A DNA stretch of 64,000 nt from an uncultured Acidobacteriota bacterium (lineage in GTDB: Bacteria > Acidobacteriota > Terriglobia > Terriglobales > Acidobacteriaceae): contig CAWHQK010000082.1 of the NCBI GenBank assembly GCA_963831435.1, positions 22,741 to 86,740 of the forward strand. The letters are read 5' to 3'. Under the pieces are notes generated by a model, which did not search any database, was not told where the DNA came from, and was given only the letters and a program-made list of their open reading frames with translations. Shown here in pieces: positions 47,379-58,036 of this stretch; positions within the stretch are counted from its first letter, which is position 1; the number at the start of each line of letters is the position of its first letter. Position numbers and translations under genes: made by a program.

Positions 47379-50153
47379 TCAGTCGTGAAGCGTGATCACC
47401 GTCATGCCCTTATCGAGGGGAATATCATAGGCATTGCGTTCGAGTTTTAGATCGCCAGTAGGATGATACTTTCCCACGCCATTTATCTCCGCAGGTTGTT
47501 CCACGCGCAGGCGCGCGGTGGAGGTAAACTCCGTGGCCGCGGCAAGTTCGATGCGCACCGCACCGCCCTTCACAATTTCCACGCTTTCGAATCTTCCAGC
47601 ATCAAGGCTCAGCCAAAGACCAAGTGAAGCCAGGTATACGCGGGAGCGATAAGCATCGAGGGGCACGACCTTCACGCTGCCATTATCGCTTTTGAGATTG
47701 CCGCCGAAAGCGACCCAGCCGAACTGCGGCGAATTGACAACATACGTAGCGGTGTTCCACGCGTAGCCAAAAAAGTTTGGTCCGTAATCGCCTGAGTACG
47801 GATCGAGCTTCAACATATCGGGGAAGGCGTGGAATGCGGCTGAAGCGAAACCCTCGCGATCAATATCGGTGAGAGCACCCATAGTTCCGCCATATCCCAC
47901 GCGCAACAGATAAAGATCATCAGGATGGTCGCGATATTCTGAGAGAAGCGGTATGGCATTTAGACCGGAACCGTAATGATGAAGTTGGCGCTCAAGGCGG
48001 CGGTCTTTGGCTGCGAAAATAAAATCCCAATAGCGACGGGCGCTGCCGTTATATCCCCAGTGTGGAATCGCAGGATCATAGCCAAGGATTGCGTTCAGAG
48101 TGACCTCGGCTTTGTCCTGGTAACCAAAATATTTCGTCCACGCGTACACTTCTTCCTGGCCGGTTGAGTCCCAGGGCATTTCGCTTCCGAATGGATAGGC
48201 CTCCATCTTCCAGCGGTCGGCGCGTGACTTCATGCTGGCTTCCAGATTGTTAGCTTCTGTGTTCATCCCTTCGCGCTTAAGGTCGGTCAAAATCTGAAGA
48301 AAGATGTCGCCTTCCATTTGGCCGAAGACTCCGAGACCCGCCGCATACTTCGTCATTGCCATCGAAGTTTCGTAAGCGTGATTCAAATACCAATCCCAGG
48401 AATGGTTCGTCACGAGGCCGGGATTGTTCCGGGCCAATTGATAGAGCACCCAATAAGCGGCCGCAACATGCGGGTAGTCATAAGAACGGTCAACCTGGTA
48501 CGCCGCCTTTTTGTTCCAGCTCGTCCAACTCTTCCAGTCGAGGTCGCTGCGATAGTAGCCTTGGGGTAGTTCATCGGGCTGATAGTAGAAAAGGCTCTTT
48601 CGCACGCCATATGGATCAGGGCCATCTTTTTCCTGCAGGCCGCCCCACAAAACGCCGTCCACGTACTCCTGTAACTTCTGGATTTCTTCTTTGTCAGGTT
48701 CCACCAATTCCTTCATCATTGCGGCCAGCCAGGCTCCGGCGCCGCCTTCGTCACTCAATCCTGCAATCCAGACACGGCTGTCCTGCGTCACGAACTGATT
48801 GACTTCGCGGTCATAGCTTATTACGGATGGACTACGATGAAAGGGATCGTGCGGATCCCCAAACCATTGCTTCGTGGTCAGAAAGTGGCCCATGTCGGCC
48901 ACGACTTCGGCCTCAGGTTTCGTGACGAAATACTGAATGGTCTGCACCAGGCCGTCTTGGTAGGTAATGGTGAGACGCGAGCGTCCCCAAGCCTTACCAT
49001 CCACGGTATAGGCCTTCCATCCCGCCGAGGATGGAACATCCTTTGTTATGACCAGCGCTCCCGTCGGCTCAACTTGCAATGACTTAACACCTTGGGAATA
49101 ATTCAGGAAGAGCCGCGCGTGAATATCCGTCGGCACTACGTAGCCCGGGATTCCTACCGCCACCGGACGACGATTCGCTGCCAGCGTTTTTTCGATATCA
49201 TGAATTGAATCTGAAACAAGAAATTTAAGGCCGAAGGACTTGACTTCGCCCGGGGCGAGCATCAGTGACGTCCCGGGATTCCATGGTTGCGCATTTTTCC
49301 ATTCATTCTCGGCGTATGCCCGGCTGTAAACCATCCACTGATAAAAGCCCTCAAAAGTAATCCCCCGCGGCGTTGGATCGGTAAAAATCGGCGCGGCTCC
49401 CCAGGGCCCTTTTCGATCCAGGATTGGGTTATAAGCTTCAAAGGGAGTTTTCCCTTCCGGCACAACAACCAGGGTGGGCCCATGGCCGCTGAGCCGCGTG
49501 ACTTGCAAATATCCGGCATCTTCACCGATGTAGGGATCGTAGAACGAGCATTTGGCGTGCGCCTCTTCGAGAGAACGATCGTTGAGTACATTATTGAAGA
49601 TCATCGGAATGCCCAGCGCCCCCACTTCAATGGGCTCCGATTGCTTGTTCTTCAGTTCAAATCGCAGCACGAGTTTGCCATCTTCCAAGAGCCATTTGCG
49701 AACAATCTGGAGCGGGAAACCCGATGGCAGCGTCGGCGTCAGATCAGCCGCGGCGAGAACGCCAGGCGACGAAGGAAGCGATGCAACGGGCACCCGCGCG
49801 GTGGCCGTCGAATAATTTTGCCAGTCGCCGGATTTACTGGTCCGCAAACGCAACGTGATGTCGCCCAGATGGAAATATCCATCTTTGGATCGTTCCACCA
49901 GCAGATCTGCGGGAGTGAAGTCGAAGCCCTCCGAGCGTTTCGGCTTAAGGGCGGCAACTGTTTGCGACGATCGCACCAGGCTCAGCGTGAAATCAGGCGT
50001 ATCAATTGTTTCGGTCCCCTGCTTGAGCATGGGACCTGGAGTTGGTGGAGATTTGTGAGGGTTTCCCTGGCCTTGGGTTTGCTTTTCCAGCGCTATAAAC
50101 AGGCACAACAGGAGCGCACACCACACCACGGAGCGCGAATGATAGTTTCCCAT
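47379..50153 (-). CDS. large secreted hypothetical protein (924 aa), possibly DUF5695-like; candidate glycan-active enzyme
   Basis: Signal peptide SVVWCALLLCLFIALEKQTQG and a long intact ORF. It starts 53 nt downstream of, and in the same orientation as, the hydroxyproline operon. The family name is recalled, not verified. Confidence 0.6.
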   Translation of the reverse strand: MGNYHSRSVVWCALLLCLFIALEKQTQGQGNPHKSPPTPGPMLKQGTETIDTPDFTLSLVRSSQTVAALKPKRSEGFDFTPADLLVERSKDGYFHLGDITLRLRTSKSGDWQNYSTATARVPVASLPSSPGVLAAADLTPTLPSGFPLQIVRKWLLEDGKLVLRFELKNKQSEPIEVGALGIPMIFNNVLNDRSLEEAHAKCSFYDPYIGEDAGYLQVTRLSGHGPTLVVVPEGKTPFEAYNPILDRKGPWGAAPIFTDPTPRGITFEGFYQWMVYSRAYAENEWKNAQPWNPGTSLMLAPGEVKSFGLKFLVSDSIHDIEKTLAANRRPVAVGIPGYVVPTDIHARLFLNYSQGVKSLQVEPTGALVITKDVPSSAGWKAYTVDGKAWGRSRLTITYQDGLVQTIQYFVTKPEAEVVADMGHFLTTKQWFGDPHDPFHRSPSVISYDREVNQFVTQDSRVWIAGLSDEGGAGAWLAAMMKELVEPDKEEIQKLQEYVDGVLWGGLQEKDGPDPYGVRKSLFYYQPDELPQGYYRSDLDWKSWTSWNKKAAYQVDRSYDYPHVAAAYWVLYQLARNNPGLVTNHSWDWYLNHAYETSMAMTKYAAGLGVFGQMEGDIFLQILTDLKREGMNTEANNLEASMKSRADRWKMEAYPFGSEMPWDSTGQEEVYAWTKYFGYQDKAEVTLNAILGYDPAIPHWGYNGSARRYWDFIFAAKDRRLERQLHHYGSGLNAIPLLSEYRDHPDDLYLLRVGYGGTMGALTDIDREGFASAAFHAFPDMLKLDPYSGDYGPNFFGYAWNTATYVVNSPQFGWVAFGGNLKSDNGSVKVVPLDAYRSRVYLASLGLWLSLDAGRFESVEIVKGGAVRIELAAATEFTSTARLRVEQPAEINGVGKYHPTGDLKLERNAYDIPLDKGMTVITLHD

Positions 50154-50206
50154 CTGGCCTTTGATGTTTACTGAAAATAAATTTTCTCTGCAATAGGAAA
50201 GGAGTA

Positions 50207-51130
50207 CTACGTCTTTACGGAAATAGGCTGTTGCGTAAATTCCTGCGGACGATTCCTCAACGCATTTTTAATGATTTTTTGAGTTCTCTGCAGTTCATCC
50301 CCTAGCAACTCCAATCGTGGCGGACGGACACGAGTATTTCCCATTCCTACTTCCGCCTGTACCAGCTTGATCAGTTGGACGAAATCGGGCGTCGTGTCCA
50401 TTCGAAGCAATGGCAGGAACCAGCGATATAGCTCAAAAGCCTTTTCCCGTTCACCCCGCATGGCGCAGTTAAACAGTTCCACCGATTCACAAGGCAAGGC
50501 ATTGGCTAATCCGGCAATCCATCCCGTTGCGCCAACGCCAATTCCTTCTAGAATGGCATCATCAACACCCACGCAGATATCCAAGCGGTCGTCGATAAGC
50601 TCCCGGATCGCGCTGACTCGTCTTGCATCCGTACTGGATTCCTTCACGGCCTCAAAGTTTTCGTATTCCCGGGCGAGTTCCTGCACCTGTTCTGGAACGA
50701 AATCTGTCCCGTATGCCACCGGGTTGTTGTAAAGCATGCAGGAAAGCGGAGTGGCGGTGAGTACAGCCGATACGTGCGCCTTCATCTCCCGCCAGCTACC
50801 TTGATAAACATAAGGGGGCAAAACCATTAGTGCGTCGCATCCGGCATCCGCCGAGGCTTTCGCCAGGGCGACAGCCTCGGAAGTCGAAAGCGCGGAAATG
50901 GCAACGACAACCGGCGCGCGTCCCCGCACTGCAAGCACACAGGTCTTAACGATCTGCAGTTTCTCTTCGAACGACACCGTGGCGCCTTCCCCAAGAGACC
51001 CGAGTGGAACTATGCCCGTGCAGCCATTGTCCAGCAGCCAGGAGCAGTGTTTGGAAATGAATGCGTGATCTACAGCAAGATCGGGACGAAAACAGGTAGT
51101 TATCGCCGGCATTACACCATTCCAATTCAT
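50207..51130 (-). CDS. lhpC: DHDPS/DapA-family lyase; by context a pyrroline-4-hydroxy-2-carboxylate deaminase
   Basis: DapA-like motifs GIVPLGSLGEGATVS and MLYNNPVAYGTDF. A 4-nt overlap with the upstream gene (51127-51130) suggests translational coupling. Confidence 0.75.
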   Translation of the reverse strand: MNWNGVMPAITTCFRPDLAVDHAFISKHCSWLLDNGCTGIVPLGSLGEGATVSFEEKLQIVKTCVLAVRGRAPVVVAISALSTSEAVALAKASADAGCDALMVLPPYVYQGSWREMKAHVSAVLTATPLSCMLYNNPVAYGTDFVPEQVQELAREYENFEAVKESSTDARRVSAIRELIDDRLDICVGVDDAILEGIGVGATGWIAGLANALPCESVELFNCAMRGEREKAFELYRWFLPLLRMDTTPDFVQLIKLVQAEVGMGNTRVRPPRLELLGDELQRTQKIIKNALRNRPQEFTQQPISVKT

Positions 51131-52425
51131 GCGTATCCTCCTGTCACATGGCTAGGGTCCGACTCAGAAAGTTCCACGGCCAGATTTTCCAATCGCGCCG
51201 GAAAAACCGGGGGCCGCACTGAGTCTAAGCGCCAATCGAAAAGAAATTGTGTTGCCGGTCCACATATTCGTCCCTGGCACGGACCCATTCCGCAACGCGT
51301 GTGGAGTTTTGCTGCCCGCCAGGAACTGTAGGGCGTGAGTTGCGAATAGGAAACGTCTTCGCAGCGGCAAACGGTTGTTTCCGCGGAAGGCAGGTCGCGC
51401 AATTCAGGGCGCATTGCAAATGTTTTATCAAGCGATTTAGCGAAGTTCTGCATCGCTTTGCGCCGTTTAAAGAGGTGGGCCGCGGCATCCTTGTTGCCCG
51501 CCGAAGCCAAGCCCGCAATCTGACCTTCCACAATAGAGAGATCCAGACCGCCGATTCCGGTTGGTTCCCCGGCGCAGAAAATATCGGACTGCGAAGTTTG
51601 CTGAAAGTCATTTACCTCAACATAGCCATCGAGAGTGCGGCAGCCAAGCGACTCTGCGAGCTCTGTGTTCGGCACCAAATGGAAGCCACAAGCGAGATAG
51701 TCGCAGGCAATCGTTTCTGTTTTTGCGCCGCGACGAATCATTACCTGTTCGAGGGCATCCTTCCCGATCGCTTCAATCGGCCAGCTGCCCGGGACAAAAG
51801 GAATGCCCGCAAGTTCTTTTCGCAGTGACATTGCCTGTTGAACTTTTTGTGGATAGCGCAAAAGGCCCAGGCTGAATCGGGCCAGCGGAACCCAGGGCCG
51901 CTGTTCGCAGATCATGAGAATTTCAGCCTCGTGCTGATGAAGAAACGAGGCCACCGCCAGCAACAAAGGGCCGGTACCGGCAATCACCACCCGTTTGCCT
52001 TGAATCGGGAGTCCGGATTTGACCAAAGCCTGCAAGCCACCGGCGCCGAGGACGTTGAGCAATGTCCATCCTGGAAACGGCAGAAAGCGTTCCCTTGCGC
52101 CGGTTGCCAGAATCAATTTTTGATAACGCAATTCGCAAAGGCCATCGTCCTGTTCGGCAAGCAAGCAACCTGCACTCGACTGACTGAAGACCCGCGTGCC
52201 GCAAATTTCTTGTACTCTGGCCGCCCGCAGTCGTAGGGCCCAACTCTTCGCTTCAGGAGCCAGACCGATGGTTTCCCCCCGCCATATCTGGCCGCCGACA
52301 CCGGGATTATCGTCCACTACTCCCACGCGCGCGCCCGACTCTGCCGCACAGGCGGCCGCGGCAATTCCCGCCGGTCCGGCCCCTACGACAAGTACATCGA
52401 ATTCTTGTTCGGCAACTCTACGCAT
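51127..52425 (-). CDS. lhpE: NAD(P)/FAD-dependent oxidoreductase with BFD-like 2Fe-2S C-terminus (HcnB / opine-oxidase-A / D-Hyp dehydrogenase alpha-like)
   Basis: FDVLVVGAGPAGIAAAACAA, a second Rossmann fold KRVVIAGTGPLLL, and C-terminal VCRCEDVSY...RCGMGPCQGRICG. Confidence 0.8.
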   Translation of the reverse strand: MRRVAEQEFDVLVVGAGPAGIAAAACAAESGARVGVVDDNPGVGGQIWRGETIGLAPEAKSWALRLRAARVQEICGTRVFSQSSAGCLLAEQDDGLCELRYQKLILATGARERFLPFPGWTLLNVLGAGGLQALVKSGLPIQGKRVVIAGTGPLLLAVASFLHQHEAEILMICEQRPWVPLARFSLGLLRYPQKVQQAMSLRKELAGIPFVPGSWPIEAIGKDALEQVMIRRGAKTETIACDYLACGFHLVPNTELAESLGCRTLDGYVEVNDFQQTSQSDIFCAGEPTGIGGLDLSIVEGQIAGLASAGNKDAAAHLFKRRKAMQNFAKSLDKTFAMRPELRDLPSAETTVCRCEDVSYSQLTPYSSWRAAKLHTRCGMGPCQGRICGPATQFLFDWRLDSVRPPVFPARLENLAVELSESDPSHVTGGYA

Positions 52426-52684
52426 CGGTCTGAACCTTCATGCCAGATTCGCAAACGATTTGGCAACTTCGGCGATGCCGCTTTCCATTAATTACCACGC
52501 GACATTCAAAACAAATTCCCATTCCGCATAGTGGTCCGCGCTGTTGTCCCTTCACCGAGCGGCGGCAAGCTCCGCCTTGGCGCGCGACCGCAACAGCTAC
52601 AGTGGTGCCATAATTCACTGTCACGGGATTTCCATTTACCGCAATCGTGATTTGTTTCCCAACTTTTTCCATTACTGGCGTCAT
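52418..52684 (-). CDS. lhpF: small (2Fe-2S)-binding subunit (HcnA / D-Hyp dehydrogenase gamma-like)
   Basis: 88 aa. Motifs [12 protein letters not shown]...[25 protein letters not shown]. It overlaps both neighbouring genes (8 nt and 4 nt). Confidence 0.75.
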   Translation of the reverse strand: MTPVMEKVGKQITIAVNGNPVTVNYGTTVAVAVARQGGACRRSVKGQQRGPLCGMGICFECRVVINGKRHRRSCQIVCESGMKVQTDA

Positions 52685-53634
52685 GCCGGAATTCCCATGC
52701 AGAAAGGATCCTGCTCATCCAGAATTAAGTCAGATTCGGCATTCACGAAGGCCGTCCCTTTTATGCTGGGATGGATTTGCCCATCGCGGACTCGAATGCT
52801 TCCCTCGAAAACGCTCCCTACGATGCTTTCCTGTTTCCAAATCTGGCCTTCACGCAGTTTTCCGTCGGCGTAAAGACACGCCAGTTTCGCGCTCGTTCCG
52901 GTCCCACACGGTGAGCGGTCGTAAGCTTTGCCGGGGCAAAGGACAAAATTTTTACTGTTAATTCCCGGACGGGGCGAAGGAGCGAATAGTTCTATGTGGT
53001 CAATTTCTTGACCATTGGCTCCGGTGATTCCCTGAGCTGCGAGTGCGCGCCGGACTGCCCAAGTGAAACTCGTCAAAGCTTCAAGGTTGTCTATGGATAG
53101 GTCCTGCGTGTGGTCTTCAATCAGAAAAAACCAGTTGCCACCCCAAGCGACATCGCCAACTACTTTACCAATTTCAGGGACGTCTACAGCCACTTTGGCG
53201 GCGATCCGATAACTGGGAACGTTGTTGACCGTCACTGCTCCATCTTCATGCAAGATCGCCGTCACAGTTCCCACAGGAGTTTCGATCTGGTGTTCGCCGT
53301 ATTGAATTCGCCCCATATGGAAAAGTGTCACGATTAATCCGATAGTCCCGTGTCCGCACATTCCGAGATAGCCAACATTGTTAAAGAACACTATGCCCGC
53401 CACGCAATCTGGATCCACCGGCTCGCATAAAAGCCCGCCAACCATCACATCAGTTCCTCGGGGTTCTTTCACGACGGCAGAGCGGAAGGCATCGTGCCTG
53501 GTACGGAATTCTTCCAGCCGGCTGGAGAGCGGGCCCTTTCCAAGATCAGGGCCACCGCTGATCACTAACCGCGTGGGTTCCCCGCCAGTATGAGAATCAA
53601 TCACGCGAATTCTCTTAGGCGTTCCAAGTTTCAT
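52681..53634 (-). CDS. lhpA: 4-hydroxyproline 2-epimerase (proline-racemase family, Cys/Cys type)
   Basis: Both catalytic motifs are present with Cys: [12 protein letters not shown] and [15 protein letters not shown]-terminus [14 protein letters not shown]. Confidence 0.85.
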   Translation of the reverse strand: MKLGTPKRIRVIDSHTGGEPTRLVISGGPDLGKGPLSSRLEEFRTRHDAFRSAVVKEPRGTDVMVGGLLCEPVDPDCVAGIVFFNNVGYLGMCGHGTIGLIVTLFHMGRIQYGEHQIETPVGTVTAILHEDGAVTVNNVPSYRIAAKVAVDVPEIGKVVGDVAWGGNWFFLIEDHTQDLSIDNLEALTSFTWAVRRALAAQGITGANGQEIDHIELFAPSPRPGINSKNFVLCPGKAYDRSPCGTGTSAKLACLYADGKLREGQIWKQESIVGSVFEGSIRVRDGQIHPSIKGTAFVNAESDLILDEQDPFCMGIPA

Positions 53635-53707
53635 GTTCTAACGAAAAGAGATACCTATCTTGACGGGGATAGAGTCCGCTGCCGCGTCTATCGCACTGCC
53701 TTGCCTG

Positions 53708-53736
53708 ATTTTATGAATACAATATACAAACGTCAA
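53708..53736 (-). promoter_or_regulatory. sigma70-like promoter with a conserved operator-like spacer upstream of the hydroxyproline operon
   Basis: The minus strand reads TTGACG-TTTGTATATTGTATTCA-TAAAAT. The spacer matches the 44926-44954 promoter at 15 of 17 positions. It lies about 75 nt upstream of the epimerase ATG. Confidence 0.6.
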
Positions 53737-53913
53737 GATTTTTGTACCCGTCCGTGGTTATTAGATGCAAGCGATAGGGTAAAACCACGGGCCGTTCAGG
53801 CCCCAGACAATGATTCCAGCTTCGGTCACTGCTTCGGAGGGGACGGAAATGTCTCGTGACGCCGGCTCGGGGAGGCTATCCCGAGCCGGCGGCCGAAGCA
53901 GAGCGAATCGCAT

Positions 53914-56900
53914 TTAGAATTCGAAATTCGCTCGCAATTCGATGGTGCGGGCGCCACCATCAGGAAGCTGGTTGGGGTAAGGGTTCCGCTGCTGGTCGCA
54001 AAGGAACCACTCGTTACGTTGGATTGGCCTCCTTGGCCTCCATTTGTGAACGGCGGTCCAAAGGTTGGGTGGTTAAACGCATTGAGCATCAAGGCCTGCA
54101 GGTTAAAGCGCATTTGCTCGGTAATGGCGAAGTTCTTTGTGATTGAGACGTCGTCATACGTCGCATGCGGGCCGTAAAGCCAGACCCTCTGGCCAATTGT
54201 TCCCGCAGTTGTGTTTGGGACGATGAACTGCGGATTAGCCCCACCACCGCCAACGGTTGTGTTCATGTAGTACTTCGGGTCAAGGAATGCAGTGGTGGTG
54301 GTTCCGGGAATATGGTGCGCCCCGACGGAGCTTTGCAGTTGGCTTGAGGTGACTCCATTCAAAACCACCCCGCCATCCGCGAAGTCATTGAAGGTATTGT
54401 TCTGGCCCTGCAGCAAGAACGGATATCCGGTCTGGAAAGTGAAAATGCTGCCTATCGTCCAGCCGCCAACGATTCGGTCAAGGATCGGGCTGCCATTGGC
54501 AAATTGCTTACCTCTGCCAAATGGCAAATCGTAGGTGCCGTTAATGTGGATCACATGCCGCAGATCAAACAATGTTGGTCCATAACTCAAGTGCATGTCG
54601 CGAATTGTAAACAGGGCGCCTTGTCCCTGCCAGTTGTTCTGCGAAGCATTGCCAAGCGTGTGGCTCCAAGTATAGTTAGCGTCAAACTGCAGACCGTGCC
54701 ATGACCGCTGGCGGAAATCCACTTGCAACGCATGATAAGTGGAAACCGCTTCCGCTTCGGTCAAGCTGGGATAACCAAAACCGGTGCCTTGGGCAAAGGG
54801 ATTGGTTTGGAAGAAGTTGATCGGATAACCGGCGCCAGCGCCTGCAAACCCGAGGTTGTTGGCGCATGGCGCGAAACCTGCGCCGACCAAATTGCAGAAG
54901 TAGGGCACGGTTCCATTGATCCCAGCCAGGGTGCTGGCCATAGCGCAGGCAGATCCCGTGTTCAATTGCGAGATGAATTGGGCGTTTCCATAATCCGCGA
55001 GCGGCACACCTGCGCCACCCGCAGCTTCGCCCGCAAACGCGGCATCAAAAATCGGCGTAGCCTGTTGCCCAGCAAAGCCATTATTTGCGAATGAATTGGT
55101 GATTCCGTTTGCTTGATTTATGGCTAGATTGCCTTGGGCCTTCTGAAACTCACCGAGAAATCCATTTTCAAAAATGTTGACCTCATCGGTAGGAATCGGA
55201 ACCCACTGTCGCGGGGTGATGCTTCCCACGTAACGCACTTCAAGGGCGCGATTCTCCCCGATCTGCCGCTGAATCCCCAGGTTCCATGATTCAGTGTAAG
55301 GCTGCTGAATATCGTGCTTGATGCCGTTCACACCCAGGTCCCGTTCCAAGGAACGTAAAGTCCCCAATCGGTTCGGTTTTCACAAACTTTTGCGGAGTGA
55401 GCACGTACGGGATTCCGAACGCATTGATTGGATCCGAAGCCCCGGAATTAAAATCACTGATAGATAAGCTTCCGGGCTGGAAGGTACCGGGCCCGCCGCT
55501 GCCGTTCGCGTTCAATCCGAATCCCTGATAATAGAAGGAACCGTAATCAGAAGCTTGGTTCCATACATACTGCTGGGGTTCGGTGAATTTCCTCAATGAG
55601 AAGCCTGCTCGAACAACGGTTTTGTCGCCGCCTATTAATCTGCCGAGCCGATTGTTGGAAGGGTTCCAGGCAAGGCCGATGGCCGGCTGCGGAGCAACAT
55701 TCCAGTTGTTGTAGGTCTGGCTGATCTGCGAAATTTGCGGATCAGCAATTCCTTTCAAGGAACCTGGATTGAAGATATTCCCAATACCTGATGGCCCCCA
55801 GACGCTCTCCTCGCTCACGGAGTGATAGAGGTTCGAGAGATCTTTGTCAGCCGAAGTGAAATCCCAACGCAAGCCATAGTTGAGGGTCAAATTTTGCCTT
55901 ACGCGATAGGAGTCCCCTGGAAAAACAAACCCCATGCCCCTTCCAATTCATCGAGATTGTATCTTCCAACAATGTGCTGATAGTCATCCGCGCTCGGAAC
56001 AAAGGGGTACGCTCCGCTTACGCTGCTGATGCGGCCGGCAAGGATTGCATAGAGCTGCTGGGCCTGATTTTGGATGGTGGTGTCGCCTCCGCTCGTGCCC
56101 CCAAGCGTACCGCCCGCTCCGATCGTAAATGCATTCTTGGCGGGATCGCCATTTGCCAAACCAAAGTTGACGACTGGAAATCCCTGCGCCGGGTTGTCGT
56201 GGTGAATTAAAAATAGCGCCAAGAAAGCCGGTAATTCATTGTGTGTTTGCCATGCTGCAGCGTCATCGTGTCGGAAGCATTGAACACTGGATAGTAAGTC
56301 TGGATGCCGGTGTAGAAAATTGTTCCTGACATCTGCGTGTTGAACGGTTGCTGGACATTTGTATAGTTCCAGCCAAGCTGCGGATTCGTTATGTCGAGCG
56401 GCGGGGCGTTGTAGGAGTCAAGATTGTTGTTGTACAGGAAGCCGCCGCGGAGCGAATTAATCAGGTTTGGGTGATCGTCCAGTCGAAGCCAAAGCCCGCG
56501 GTGTAGTCTTTGTTGCTGGCGCCCGCGCCCGTTTTGGACCAGGCTGAGCCTGGGAAATCGGGCGGGTGCACACCCGGTTGATTCTGTTTCGTCATGTTCC
56601 AGGACAAATTGAAACGCATTGCGTCGGAAGCGATGTAATCCACGCGGATCGTCGGAAAATAACGCGTTGTGGGATCAGGTACCTGCCACGTCAAGTTCTG
56701 AACGTTAGGGTCGCCCAGATCAGAGGGCGACAGTTGGCCAGAAGTCACCGCGGTATTGGTGGTTTGAAATACGGATGCTGTCGAAGAATTGACTGTGGTA
56801 GGAAGATTTGCTCCGGGATGACTTGCGTTGTAGTTGGCCGCCAATGCGAAAAGGTTTACTGTTTGGCCGCCATAGGTAAAGTCGCCGTTCTGCGCTGCCT

Positions 56901-57866
56901 GCGTAAACACGTAGTTCGTGGTGCTGTATGCGCCGGGCTGCTTTCCTTCCGCATAATGCCGAAGAAGAACAACTTGTTCTTGATGATCGCTCCACCAACA
57001 CTAAACCCGAATTCGTTCAGGATGAGAGCATTTTTCTTTACCGGACTGCCCAGGATCGAGGTAAGAGCATCGTTACTCCAACTATTGGCGTCGAGAGCTG
57101 AATTTCTGAAATCTTCGTAGACGCGGCCATGGAACCGATTGCTGCCGCGACGGGTAACAAAATTGAGCTGCATATTGGACTGGCCATAGCCCTGGTCCAG
57201 ATTTAGCTGTTCGGTTTGCACCGTCATCTCTTGCATGTCTTCCAATCGGGGCTGTACGATTGGCTCTGAATTCCCGCTAAACTTCATCCGGCTTGAGCTG
57301 CTGATCACGCCATCTATATTGTTTCCCTGCGCGATGGAGGGCAGCCCATCATAGGTTCCGTTGTATCCAGCAACTAAATGGGAAAGTTGCGTCAAGTCGC
57401 GGCCTTGAATCGGAAGACTTTCGATTTGCTTCAGATCAATGGTCGTGCCGATGGCGTTCGAGCTCTCTTCGACCACGGGAGCGGCCGCGGCATTGACTTC
57501 GACGGTCTGACCCTGCGTTCCGATCTTGAGGTTAGCGGTAAGGTCTGTGGTCTGCGCCGCCTGCGAAACCACGCTGCTGAAGACCACATCCTGAAATCCT
57601 GTTTTCGAAATCGTGAGCTGATAGTTACCGAGTTCGAGATTGACGAACGTGTAGGTGCCGCTGTCTGTTGTGATACCTTTGCGGACATCGCTGGTGGAGA
57701 GATCCTTCAATTCCAATTGGGCGCCCGGCACCACGCTGCCGCTCGGATCAACAACCGTCACAGCTACGGTTCCAGTGTTCCCGTGCTGTGCCCACGCCAA
57801 TGGAAGGTTAGAGACAAATACGGCAAGAACACAGATGACGGCAACTCGAAAAGATTTCGCGGACAT
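53914..57866 (-). pseudogene. TonB-dependent receptor (CarboxypepD_reg-type), fragmented by at least six frame changes
   Basis: N-terminus: signal peptide plus GTVAVTVVDPSGSVVPGAQLELK. Successive ORFs 56856-57866, 56461-56910, an unlisted frame at 56223-56460, 55899-56222, 55291-55935 and 53826-55367 together read as one barrel. The canonical terminus GARTIELRANFEF-stop (stop at 53914-53916) lies in yet another frame. Confidence 0.8.
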
Positions 57867-58036
57867 TCATCCTCCTACGCACGAGCACAAGGGAAAAGTT
57901 GATGCGATTTTGTATACTTTATTCATTTGCATTGTCAAGATATTTTATACAACATACGTTTTTACCTTTTATTGACATTTAAGTTGATAGAAATAAAGCC
58001 TTTGCAGTCCTACACCCTGAAACCAGCAGTCGCCTT

